In this document: piece by piece, positions 29,186 through 40,938 of the stretch
Layout: each line of letters opens with the position of its first letter
Position numbering within the stretch: position 1 is the first letter of the stretch
IMG/VR virus record: IMGVR_UViG_2061766007_000872
DNA: 64,000 nucleotides
Strand: one strand, 5' to 3'
Origin: an uncultured virus (IMG/VR IMGVR_UViG_2061766007_000872)
Lineage: Duplodnaviria; Heunggongvirae; Uroviricota; Caudoviricetes
Translations under genes and position numbers: made by a program
Notes under the pieces: model-generated
What the model was told of the DNA's origin: nothing
Seen by the model: only the letters and a program-made list of their open reading frames with translations
The model's database searches: none

Positions 29186-30024
29186 ATGAAAAAATATTTT
29201 TTTGTTTCAGACATACATAGTTTCTATACACCGCTTAAGAAAGCATTGAAGAGAAAATGTTTTGATATAAATAATCAAGACCATATCTTAGTTGTCTTAG
29301 GCGATGTTTTTGACCGTGGAAATGAGACATTAGAGTTGTACAAATTCTTAAAATCAATTCCAGATGATAGATTAGTTCTTATTAAAGGTAATCATGAATT
29401 ACTTTACGAAGAAGTTCTTGGATTAAAGTCTCCAGACAAGGGAGACTTTAAAAATGGAACAGTATCAACATTCTGTTCAATTGCTGGTATTGAGCAATAT
29501 CTATTAGATACAAAATATTGGCAAATTAATAATATTTTTTCAAATCTTGACGGTGGTAAAGTAGTTGACATCAACAATCAAGTAAAAAAGTACTGGTATA
29601 TAGTTGTAGATAAAGTGAGAAGGAGTGAAATCACTCAATGGATAAGGTCAAAGAAGTGGATTAACTACTTAGAGACAGATAAATATATCTTTGTCCACTC
29701 TTGGATTCCATGTGCTAGAAAACTATGTCTTTCAGAAGAAAGAACTTATTATTTTAAAGACATAGGTCCTATAGAAGATTGGAGAGATTGTACACAAACT
29801 GAGTGGAATGATGCTACTTGGGGTTGTCCTTGGGAAAAAGCAAAGTCTGGTTGGAATATAANNNNNNNNNNNNNNNNNNNNNNNNNNNNNNNNNNNNNNN
29901 NNNNNNNNNNNNNNNNNNNNNNNNNNNNNNNAAGTCAAAGAAGTATAAGTTAATTGGATTAGATGCTTGCACAGTAATGAGTGATAAGGTCAATGTTCTT
30001 GTACTAAATGAAGATGAATTGTAA
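29186..30024 (+). CDS. metallophosphoesterase (Ser/Thr phosphatase-like), spans an N gap
   Basis: VSDIH, LGDVFDRG, KGNHE, FVH; after the gap IGLDAC…VNVLVL. Confidence 0.8.
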
Positions 30025-30444
30025 TAAAATTGTATAATACTTTGAGGAGAAAAATTATGGCTGNNNNNNNNNNNNNNNNNNNNNNNNNNNNNNNNNNNNN
30101 NNNNNNNNNNNNNNNNNNNNNNNNNNNNNNNNNNNNNAAAAGACCAAGTGGAGATGATAAAGACTGGAAAATACAATTCGCCAGAATATGAAAGTATAAC
30201 TAACTCAATTAAATTTGTAAGTAAATTAGTTGAAAAGATAAACAAAAGAAATGAAGTTTTGCTTTAGTTGAGGTTAACAATGGAAATTAATTTAAAAGAC
30301 TTATATTTTGTAACAGGAACTAAAGATACTTTAAAGTACTGTGACCCATATGATAAACGCTTGTCTGATAAAGAAAGACAACAATGTGTTAAGATGCAAA
30401 GAAAAGAACCACATTACTATCCAAATGATAGGTAGAATTTAATT

Positions 30445-33400
30445 ATGAGTAAAGAATTAGAAAAATTAGCCCTTGATGGCATAGCATTTCAAACAGTGAA
30501 ATCCGTATTAGACCACCACAACATTAAATCAACACTAGAGTTAATGGATGCTTTAAGAGTTCTTGATATCATTGCTGACCACTTAAGTATCTGCAAACCA
30601 ATGGATGCTGCAGAAGGAAGAGAAGTTGACTTTGAGGTCTNNNNNNNNNNNNNNNNNNNTGGGAAAACAACAAGGTGAGTTTGAGATTGTCAAAGAGTGG
30701 TTTGAAAATAGAAAAAAATAATAGTGTATAATATATCATGAAGAAAAGTTTTTATAATACAGATAAACGAAAATATAATTATATTTATAAATACTTGAGT
30801 AAAGATGCTCTGTTAACACTTATGGATGACTATCTTGCAGATATTAATTGTAAAGATGAGGACTTCAAGATTTATTTAGATATGACTCAAAATCTTAAAA
30901 CAAAGAAAGCAATTCTTAATAAGTATCTCAATTTAGTTTGGGATATTGTTATGGAAGAAAATGATAATATGTATTAGAAGAGGTGGTTAAAATGATTACA
31001 GTAATTAAACATGGTAATAAAACTTTTAAAGCAGTGTGTCCAATTTGTGGTTGTGAATTTACTTATCAAGATGAAGATTTAAATGAAGATATTTTTCACA
31101 ATCATAATGTAATTTGTCCAGATTGTGGAAGACATATCCCACATGATGAGCAAAAGAATAGAGCACTGAATAAAGATATTCTTTGGGATTATGCCGAGGA
31201 ACAATCAGATAAAATGGATATTCCTGTTGTTACATTAGAGACAAAGAATACATCACAAAGTAAATAAGATGAGTATTGCGGATAAAGAAGTGTTAAATCC
31301 AGAAAAGAAAAAAGAATATAATGAGATGATGAAGCATTTCAGAAAACTTCTTTTTGATGATGTAAAGAATGCTTGTCCATCTGATTGGGAATTTGGTCTC
31401 AATTTGTTTATTGACTTCTTAAAGTGGATGCAGGCGTATTATAAATTAGATTATAATGTTTGGGCACTTGAAAGAAAAGATGAAGACCCTGAATCTTATA
31501 AGGATGTTCCTACAAGAGAGCAGTCAATAACAGAAACTCTTATGTACTACAATAGATGGCAATCTTGTGAAGGAGATTACTATAAGGTTGCATATAATGA
31601 TGATGAAGTGAAGCATTATCAAGAATTAGGATTTCACTTATCAACTAGTGATAGTACAATGAATGAAGCAGTGAATAAAGTAAACGGTAGAGTTTTAACA
31701 TTATACGAAGATGAGAAAAAGAATCTTGATGAATGTATTAAGGCTAAAGAAGACTACAAACACAAATTCTTTGAATGTTTAGAAAAATACATAGAAGAGT
31801 GGTGGGATTAGTATCATAAAGAATCATAGTTAAATATGAGAAAGGAAATGAGTTATCAATGAAATTTTTGGGAAGAGTTGTTGAACCAAAACAATTATTA
31901 CAAGAAATTGAACATCTAATTATAAGTAGTACACAGACAAAGAGTACAACTACTGATGGAAAAGTTATCTACTCAGATTTTGGTTATGTTTCAGACTTCT
32001 TTAATCAAGTGTTGAATAGTATTGGTGCAGAGAGTGTTAACAATGACTAGTGACGTAAAAGAAATCATTGATTATTCTGATATCACAGCAGAAGATAAAG
32101 AAAAAATTCTCAAGATTCTTTTAAGATATGTTTATGAAGTGTCTGAATATCCTGGTAATGAGTCATCTCCTTATTGGATTATCTTTCATGGCTTTGAAGG
32201 TGAGAATGGAGACCTGTCCAAAGAAGAATATGAATTGTTAATGAAATATAAAGGTAAACTTTGGAATAATTAAGTAGAGAATTATGAGTAGAAGTTATAG
32301 AAAGACACCAGTTCTTAAAGAGAGTGGCAAGAAAAAGAAAAGAACATTTGCAAATAGAATAGTCAGAAGAAAATTAAATAATCCAGACTACGAACTTGCT
32401 GATGGTAGAGCATACAAGAAAGTATTTGAATCTTGGGATATTACAGACTATGTTTTTAGACTAACAAAAGAAGAAGCAATAGAAGATTGGTATGCTTCAG
32501 TTGAAAAGTATCCTTGGTTTAAAGAAATGTATCCAACTTTAGACTCTTATATTAAATGGTGGAAAGTAACTTATAAAAGTAAATAGAGGAACAATTATGC
32601 TTACATTAAAAGAAGTACCTGGTAACATTACTCTTGATGATTACTGCATACATTTTCAAGAATTTGATGCAGTAGATTTTGAAACTATATCAAATCTACA
32701 AAGACAATTAGTAATGAGATTAACAGAGAAAGAGAAGAAAGACTTCTTCAATTATCTTTACAATGTTAATCATAATTATGCACATAAGACCATTAGACGT
32801 CCAAAGGTGTGGATGAAGATATGCAATTGTTTGCCACTTATTTCATTGTTTACATTTGCAGATAATCCATTGATTACAAAATTAGAAAAGAGATACTCAA
32901 AAGGTGATACATCTGTTTTAGATATTCCATTTGGTAAAGAAATAATTTATGATGAAATTAATTCAAAAAATAATTGGAATCTTGGAGACTATAACTTTTA
33001 TTATCATTATTAGAAATAGGAGAATACAATAATGTTTCATATAGAAATAGATAGAGTACTCTTAGAAATAGGAGCAGGCAAAAGTGAACTACATAATCTA
33101 GAGTTATATGGTCCAGATAAATATGATATAGTAATAATCTCCAATTCTAATAATGAAAAAGATGCTAACACAGTAAAAGAAGAATTATCAAATAGAGATA
33201 GTTCATATCATCCATATATATTCAAAGTATTTACTACAGAGAATATGCCTAGAGATAAAGTAAGAGTAACATTAGTGGAAAAGAATCCACATGTATCAAT
33301 TTATATACCATATATCAAAGTTACAAATNNNNNNNNNNNNNNNNNNAGTAAGAATGAGAGATATAATAATAGGTGCCAAAAACTAATGCTAAATTTAACA

Positions 33401-34011
33401 CCAAAAGCAAATAGTATCGTCTACCACTAGTAGATGCAAAATAAATATAGAAAATGTTTTAGATTTTGCAAAATAGATATTTAATGGGATGTTAGCATTA
33501 TATATAGTTTGTTTTATATTAGGAATAGCATTACTTGTTTTGACATTATATCTTAGTAAAGGAGATAATCATGAGAAATAAATATAGAGTTAAAGTTTCA
33601 GTATATTCTGGATGTATGGGTGTTAAAGACACTGTACATTATATTGGTTGTAACACAAAGAGAGAAGCCTTTAAGTTAGCACGAGAATTAGAGGAAGAAG
33701 ACAACTCCAATTGGACTACATGCCAAGTACAATGTAGAAAAGATATTTTAGTTTCAAGACCAGTTTGGATAAAGATGGATGTGTAGGAGATAAACATGGG
33801 AAATAAAACCCTAACTAAATGGATTAGTCTTGAAGTACCTGATAAGTACAAAAAGAAAGTTCATACAATTAGAAGATATGATTCAGAAAGTAATTATCCA
33901 AGTAAATATATTTATGTTGCATATCTAACTCATGAATATTGGACGGAACATAGAAGTGAGTTGTTTGCAGTGAGTAAACAAATCTTATTCAAAGAGATTG
34001 AAAAATTATAG
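30445..34011 (+). CDS. cluster of small hypothetical ORFs (30445, 30738, 30992 double CxxC, 31269, 31859, 32043, 32284, 32597, 33032, 33571, 33796)
   Basis: Tiled + strand ORFs with SDs; no recognisable enzymatic motifs; 30445 and 32043 carry degenerate family-A features. Confidence 0.55.
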
Positions 34012-34037
34012 ATTCTTCTTCTTGAGGAATCTTTTTT
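34011..34037 (+). terminator. Rho-independent terminator
   Basis: GATTCTTC-ttctt-GAGGAATC followed by TTTTTT. Confidence 0.8.
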
Positions 34038-34097
34038 GTTTATTTGCTCTTGTTAATATTATGTTTTTGTTTTTAATGGAGAAAATAAACATTTTTA

Positions 34098-34126
34098 TTT
34101 ACATCTATTTGATATGATGATATACT
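34098..34126 (+). promoter_or_regulatory. sigmaA-type promoter
   Basis: TTTACA-17-TATACT. Confidence 0.7.
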
Positions 34127-34150
34127 TTATGATGAAAGAAGGTATTTATA

Positions 34151-34666
34151 ATGCTTACAGAAGAAAGAAAACAAGAAATCTTAGAATGGACAAGAAAGGA
34201 TGAAATTAAATTCCAATTGTGGCTTGAAGAACATGAACCAAGTGACACTATGCTTTGGAAAGATGCCTGGTGGGATAATAACTGCTTCATTAGAGATAGA
34301 CTTATTCACAAACTTTTTAATGATGGCAGTGATAACTACGAAATTGTTGGTGCACACATGTCAAAGTCTATTCTTTGTCCAGTTGTTTTAATTAAATACA
34401 AGAATGTTGACATCATTGTTCAATACAATTTCTATGATTGGCAAATTATGGTCAATAGTGATAAGCCACTTACATTAAAGGATTTATCATTCTATGCTTG
34501 TGATGGTGATTACTTCTACTATCAAGGTATTCCAAATGAATATCACTTTGAGAAGTACTCAGAAACTAATAATGTCAAATTTGCAGTAGACAATCATAGC
34601 AATGATGTTTTAGATGTCTATGCATTTATGATTATGCTTAAAGAAGCCATTGACAATGTTGCATAA
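34151..34666 (+). CDS. hypothetical protein
   Basis: GAAGG SD, 171 aa. Confidence 0.65.
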   Translation: MLTEERKQEILEWTRKDEIKFQLWLEEHEPSDTMLWKDAWWDNNCFIRDRLIHKLFNDGSDNYEIVGAHMSKSILCPVVLIKYKNVDIIVQYNFYDWQIMVNSDKPLTLKDLSFYACDGDYFYYQGIPNEYHFEKYSETNNVKFAVDNHSNDVLDVYAFMIMLKEAIDNVA

Positions 34667-35009
34667 TATGAGTTTAGCAGAAGTTAGAAAGCAAGTTGTA
34701 AGAGAGATGAGGAAATATATTAGCGACATTATAAAAAACGCTAAGAAAGTCCGATACAGAGGATACACTTGTATTGTTTATGGTCCTAATACAGCATTTG
34801 TTGTTTGTAAGTACTATAAGAGACACTACATCTTGTGGGGTAACTTAGATGATTGCAAGGACTATGTTGACCATAGACTACATCTTCGTGAGGTAGTGGG
34901 CTTTACTGATGAAGAAGAGAAGCAAAGTGAAAGAAGTTATAGTGACCACTATGACCGTATTGGTGTAATCTATGAACTTGATAGACGAAAACATTTAAAT
35001 AAGTTATAA
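34656..35009 (+). CDS. hypothetical protein
   Basis: ORF tiling. Confidence 0.55.
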   Translation: MLHNMSLAEVRKQVVREMRKYISDIIKNAKKVRYRGYTCIVYGPNTAFVVCKYYKRHYILWGNLDDCKDYVDHRLHLREVVGFTDEEEKQSERSYSDHYDRIGVIYELDRRKHLNKL

Positions 35010-35016
35010 ATAAAAG

Positions 35017-35045
35017 TTGATTTGTGCTTGACATCATGATATAAT
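35017..35045 (+). promoter_or_regulatory. sigmaA-type promoter
   Basis: TTGATT-17-TATAAT. Confidence 0.75.
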
Positions 35046-35065
35046 ATATACAGAGGTAGAAGATT

Positions 35066-36340
35066 ATGATGTATTCAATCCCATTAACCAAACTTGAAAA
35101 ACTTGAAAAGATTATTGCTAGATATCAAAAGAAAGGTGCTAATCTTACTTTCAACATTGGCGAAGATGTTGTTGAAGATGGCACTCTTTATGTTGAAGAT
35201 AAGATTAATCATTGCATTAAGTCTTTTCCTATTAAGGTCTCTTGCAAGAGAGTTGAAGTTGATGGTGTCTACATCATTAATGGTTGGCAATTTGTTGGTA
35301 CAATTGAATTCACAGAATTAGGCAACATTATTAGAGTTGCAGATTCTTCCTTTGAAGGTAAGATTCCTGCCAGATATTTACATACTCCAAAGATTTGTGA
35401 ACATTGTGGCAAGATTAGAAATCGTAAAGATACTTATCTCATTTACAATGTTGATTCTGGTGAGTTCAAACAAGTTGGTTCTACTTGCTTATTAGATTAC
35501 ACACATGGTCTTGATGCCAATGAATGTGCAAGCATCATGTCTTGCTTAGATAAAGTCTCTACCCTTAGTGATTTTGATTGTAGTGAAGATTCATTCTTCG
35601 GAAATGGTTTTGACTCTACATCCTTCGGTTTAGATAGAAAAGATGTTTTACCATTAGTCTATGCCTATGTTTCTCAATATGGCTATGAAAGAATGTTTGA
35701 AGGTAAAGGCACAGCACAAGATGTTAGAATTTGTGTCCTTGGTGATTGGAATTACTTAGGTGAAGAAATGGCAAAGTTATACCAAGATAGATTTAATTCT
35801 TTAAAGATGCCTAGTGAAGAAGAAATGAATGCTATCAATGAATTTGCTAAAGCACATTTAGAAGATGAATTTGGCTACATGAGAAATGCCTCAGTTGCTT
35901 GGTTAAAGAAGAGCATTGAATATAGAGATTTTGGTCTTGTTGCATCTTTTGTTGCTACTTACAACAAAGAAATGAAGAAGCAAGAACTTCAAAAAGCCAA
36001 AGTTGCAGAATCCAATAATGAATATGTTGGTAATGTTGGTGATAGAATCACAATCAAAGTTGCTTCTCTTAGATGCTTATGGTCTAATAGTATTGAAGTT
36101 GCTTGGCATACTTATGTAGAAACATACTTCTATGAAATCAAAGATGAAAAAGGTCATACATTTATTTGGAAATCTAGCAAGTGCTTAGAAAGATATTATG
36201 ATGAAGATTCCTATAAGTGGGTTGAACTTGCAAAGCCAACAGAGATTGTTGCTACAGTCAAAGAACATTCCGAGTATAGAGGAATTAAACAAACTGTCTT
36301 GACAAGAGGCAAAGTCACAAAGTTTGAGGAGGTCAAATAA
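35066..36340 (+). CDS. conserved phage protein with CEHC zinc site and C-terminal OB-fold-like domain
   Basis: CEHCGKIRNRK…QVGSTC; YVGNVGDRI…ATVKEHSEYRGIKQTVLTR. Confidence 0.65.
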   Translation: MMYSIPLTKLEKLEKIIARYQKKGANLTFNIGEDVVEDGTLYVEDKINHCIKSFPIKVSCKRVEVDGVYIINGWQFVGTIEFTELGNIIRVADSSFEGKIPARYLHTPKICEHCGKIRNRKDTYLIYNVDSGEFKQVGSTCLLDYTHGLDANECASIMSCLDKVSTLSDFDCSEDSFFGNGFDSTSFGLDRKDVLPLVYAYVSQYGYERMFEGKGTAQDVRICVLGDWNYLGEEMAKLYQDRFNSLKMPSEEEMNAINEFAKAHLEDEFGYMRNASVAWLKKSIEYRDFGLVASFVATYNKEMKKQELQKAKVAESNNEYVGNVGDRITIKVASLRCLWSNSIEVAWHTYVETYFYEIKDEKGHTFIWKSSKCLERYYDEDSYKWVELAKPTEIVATVKEHSEYRGIKQTVLTRGKVTKFEEVK

Positions 36341-36708
36341 TGACAAATAGATACAGAGTTTCAAAATACGGACAAGTATATCATGAATGTCATCCTAGCG
36401 GCCAAGGCTGTGATGATTGTAATGACTATTGGTATGGTTGTGGAAGACATAAGATTTATAGAAGATATAAATTTACATTTAGTAAACTTATCAATATGAT
36501 TCTTAATGTTAAAGGTGTAAGTGGTTCTTGGATTAAAGAAAGAAAACATTCCTTTCTAGTTACTCTTGATGAAGAAGGATATGCCTTTATAGATTACTTA
36601 ATTGCACACAAGTGGAAAGATGTTCCTATGAAAGTGTGGAAGAAAGAAGTAGCAAGAGAAAGAGAAGAATGCCAAGAAGAAGGCATCTATAGATACTTTG
36701 GTGATTAA
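36340..36708 (+). CDS. hypothetical protein
   Basis: GAGG SD, TAATG overlap. Confidence 0.6.
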   Translation: MTNRYRVSKYGQVYHECHPSGQGCDDCNDYWYGCGRHKIYRRYKFTFSKLINMILNVKGVSGSWIKERKHSFLVTLDEEGYAFIDYLIAHKWKDVPMKVWKKEVAREREECQEEGIYRYFGD

Positions 36709-36769
36709 ATTGTATAATTATTTAGATTAGATGTATAAATATAGCGATTAATAGAGTAGAGGAATTATT

Positions 36770-37210
36770 GTGAAATATGTTAAAACAAAAGACGGAATAA
36801 AAACTAGCAATAAAGTAACTCATGAACTTATTAAAGATATTAGTGATGCTGGTTATTTTACAACGTTGAAAAAAGGTTCTTATGTTACAATTGGCAAAGA
36901 GTGGTTTAATTTCTATGGCAGATGGATTGACATAATAGACGAAAGTGGTCGTCATTATTCAATAAGACCAGATGAAGTTAAAAGAGTTACAAAAGAATTA
37001 CCACAAGCAGATACAATTAAAGAATTAATTGATGAGTATGTTGCTATTTATCCTGAATATCCTCATTTAAATAACATAATAGATTCCGAATACTTCTTCT
37101 CTCATGAATCTTCAGAGGGAGAATATGAATATTATGGCTCTATTTGGATTAATGGTAATTTAATTAAAGTGGCTAAAAAGAATGAGAAAGGAGAATTAGA
37201 ACTCTTATGA
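36770..37210 (+). CDS. paralog family B protein
   Basis: MKYVKTKDGI…QADTIKELIDE…YGSIW…KVAKKNEKGELELL. Confidence 0.7.
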   Translation: MKYVKTKDGIKTSNKVTHELIKDISDAGYFTTLKKGSYVTIGKEWFNFYGRWIDIIDESGRHYSIRPDEVKRVTKELPQADTIKELIDEYVAIYPEYPHLNNIIDSEYFFSHESSEGEYEYYGSIWINGNLIKVAKKNEKGELELL

Positions 37211-37572
37211 AGTACATTAGAACAAAAGATGGAATCTATAAATGGGGAACTTTTAACTTTGTTGGCAAAAACATTGAAAAAGAGTTTTTTTCCAAACCAA
37301 GCAATACCATTTTTCAAAGTGAAGTTCTTAGTGAATCTGATACCCTTGAAGAATTGGTTGACGAATTAGTGGTTGTTGAACCAAATAACGAAGATTGCCC
37401 AAGACCTTATATATTAGATTGTTTCTATTTATGCACTTATAATTCTTGGTTTGAACGAGAAAAAGAACATATTAAAACAGGGACAATTGTTGTCTATGGC
37501 TCAATTTGGGTTGATGATGAATTACACAAAGTTGCAAAAATGAACAAGGAAGGAAAGTTGGAATTGTTATGA
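37207..37572 (+). CDS. paralog family B protein
   Basis: MKYIRTKDGIY…ESDTLEELVDE…YGSIW…KVAKMNKEGKLELL. Confidence 0.7.
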   Translation: MKYIRTKDGIYKWGTFNFVGKNIEKEFFSKPSNTIFQSEVLSESDTLEELVDELVVVEPNNEDCPRPYILDCFYLCTYNSWFEREKEHIKTGTIVVYGSIWVDDELHKVAKMNKEGKLELL

Positions 37573-39338
37573 GTGAACAAGAAAATAAAAAACAACGACT
37601 ATCAAATAGAATGAAAAGAACTCATAAATATGCAAGTATCATGAGCAAATTGATTCTCACTCAAATCAATGGTGAGTGGATATTCAAATTAGATAGCCTA
37701 TCGCAAGAAGAAAAAGACTACATTTCTAAAGAATGGTGTAATGCTTTTTAGAAGGAAAGAGTATGAATAAAGTAAATAAAGATTTAAGTAAAAGTGTATT
37801 TCTAAATACTGATAATTCTATAAAAGCAACTTCAGGTTCTGCTGGATATAAGATTATTGTTGATAAAGGTGATGTTAAGGTTGTCACTCTCAATCATCCA
37901 AGTAAACAGGCTACCTATAGTGAAATTAAAGAGGCTCAATTAAGAAATAGATAAGGAGAACTATAATGGCTTATAGAACTTATATTAATGGACATGAGTG
38001 GCTAGGTGATAATATGATGTTTCCACACATAGAAGAAGAGTTGAGAAGACAAGGTTGTCCTTTCAATGAAGACCTATGTGTTCATGAACCTTTTCAAGTT
38101 AAAGATTTAGATGCTTTAGTTAAGGCTTGTGAAAAGGATATTGCTGAGTATAGACTTAAGTGGCTATCAGATAAATATAATCCTACTGATATTGCAAATG
38201 CTGATTATATCTTTGAAGGTCATGGATTATATGGAAGTGACTTAACACTTAGCCTATCGGATTGGCAAAAACATGCCTACATTTTTATTTCATCCAATCT
38301 TCTTGAATATGTTGGCTGGGATAATATCAATCTTGGTGGTGATGTTATTGATGGAAAGTTCATCAATTGCTTTACATTAAAAGAAGGAGCCAAGTGTGAA
38401 TTTAAGGCATACTAATGTATAATTAATTATAGAGGTAAGTGTAATGGAAAAGAAAATTCACATCTACTACATTAATAGAATTAAGAATAACCTTGGTAGA
38501 ATCTTTGAAGCAGAAGATACTGATTGCTTTACAGAAGAAGACTACAATGTTGTAGTGGCGAACCAGAGAGCAATAGAACATTGGTTAAAGAAAGCAGGCA
38601 TTACAGACTCAAATCTTAAACAAGAAATATTATCTAATGTGGATTGGTGTTGGGATGGTTGTGCAGAAAACCTTGGAAAACTTGGTTGGACTATTTTAAG
38701 AGGCAAGGAGAATTTGTAATGAAAACACCTGAAGTTCAAAACATGATTAATAAATCAATTTGTAATCCTTATGATTTAAGATGCTTTATTAACAATATAG
38801 ATGAGTTAATTGTTTCACCTAAACTTAATGCATACTTTAGACTTGAAGATGTTGAAACAGAGTTAGAGTTTAAATGTAAATGTTTAGAGTGGCTTTCTTT
38901 TTATGTTGCTGATAATCATTGGTTTGGTTATGACAAAGAGAGAAAGAAAATTGAAAAGTTTATTAATTATATTTTAAATACTAAGTTCACACATAAAGAC
39001 TATCAAGATATTTATGGTAGATTAGGTAATAGAGTCAACCATACTCTTACTGAATCTTTTATTAATAACAATTATGACATGAATCTATTGAGGAGGGATA
39101 GTTAATGAATTATCAATTTTTTGGAACAGCAGGTATTTTCTCTGGTGTATTGTTGTTAGCAGCGGTAGTGTTTATCATACTCTGTGCCATAGGAGAAGAG
39201 GTTCCTTGGTATTACAAAACAACAAATTTAATGGGAATACTTTGTTTGATTTGTTTCTTGCTTCCTATCCTATTTTGGTTAGTCATCGGTGTCATTTGTG
39301 GACTAAATGAACTGTGGAACTGGGGGTTAGTGCAATGA
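37569..39338 (+). CDS. cluster of small hypothetical ORFs (37569, 37763, 37966, 38444, 38719, 39105 membrane protein)
   Basis: Tiled ORFs with SDs. Confidence 0.55.
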
Positions 39339-40799
39339 GTAAAGGTTTAGAAGCATTAAAAAGAATTAAATGGAAACTAGAAGATGAAGGTATTTTAGGC
39401 GAAGAATATGAACTCTGTGATGTCGTTAAAAAAGAACTCAAAGCATTTGAAATCATTAGAGATAGAAACGTTGCTATAGGATTATTGAAGATTACAGTGA
39501 CTCTCAAAACATATAATGAAGAAATTAGAAAAATGCTCCACGGTTATGATGATGGTGAATTGACTCAAGAACAATATGATTTATTGAAAGAAGTGATTTT
39601 ATGAAAGACAAGAATAATTTAGAGCCTAGTGATTATAAAACAAGTGTTTCAGGGTCATTGAATGGTTTGGAAGCATTAGAAGAAATTGTTGATTATGCAA
39701 TTAATGAGTTCACTGACAACGAAAAGAAATATCAAAAAGATTTAGAAACCATTGAAAAAGAACTAAGAGCATTAGATATTATTAAGAATAAAATTGTTTT
39801 AGTTGATGTTTTTATTGAAAGTGAAGATGTTAATGACTATAATGAATTTGTTAGTAAAAGCAAAGATAGACATTTAACTCAAGAGGAATATGACCTATTG
39901 AAAGAGGTATTGAAAGATGGCAAGTAAGAGTCTAGATGTATTAGAAAGCATTAAAAAATCTTTAACAATAGATGGAAGATTAAGTTTGATTGATAGCGTA
40001 AGATGTGAAATTATTGAAAAAGAACTTAAAGCGTTAGAACTCATTAAAGGAATTAACTTTGATATTGTATATAGAGAACAACTTGATGAGTGGACTTTAT
40101 TTATTGTTACTGAATCTCAAGATGGTGAACCTTTAGAACCTGTCACCTTTGGTTCAGGTAAAGAACAGTATGAATTACTAAAAGAGGTGTTGTTATGAAA
40201 ACATTAGAAGAAGATTTATTAAATAGTAATCAAAGACATTACATTAACTATAAAGACCCTAGTGGTGAAACTGATAGGGAAATATCATTCTGCGTTGAAG
40301 ATTATTTTAAGTACAAGAAAGCGTTAGAGATTATCAAAGAGAAACAAATAGATATGCATAATTTACTAAATAGCAAAACCTGTGAAGAATATAATGGTTT
40401 TGTTCATTGGCTAGGTTGCAAAGGTAATTTAACTCAAGAAGAATTTAATCTATTGGAAGAGGTTTTATCATGAGATTAACTTATAAAGATAAAAATTTTA
40501 AAGAATATTGTTCTATCACAACAGTTCCACAACTCACTCAAAAACTTGGTGAATATGAAGATATTGATGAAAGTCCAGAACATTTAGCCAAAGTCAAGCG
40601 AGTATTTGACATTATTAAAAAGAAAGGTGTTAATGTTGGCAATTTCAAAGATATGTTAGAAGATTGGAAAGACATAACCTTTAAAGATTATCTTAATTAT
40701 CGTGTTGAAAATGGCTATGAATTACAAAATGATTATGACACAATTTTGCATCCATTAACCGAAGAAGAGTTTAACTTATTAAAGGAGAACTTTAAATAA
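39335..40799 (+). CDS. tandem array of five paralog family A genes (39335, 39601, 39917, 40195, 40470)
   Basis: Members share (most or all of) an (EKEL)KALEIIK-type core and an (LT)QEEY/FxLLKEVL-type end, with overlapping stop/start codons. Confidence 0.75.
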
Positions 40800-40938
40800 T
40801 GGAATTAGAGAGAAAAGTATATGATTCATGGGCATTCACTGAAAATGAACATGAAANNNNNNNNNNNNNNNNNNNNTATATCAAGAACTTTGCAGTAAGT
40901 ATAAAGTATTAAAAGTTGGTGGAGATGCTTTTGGTAGA

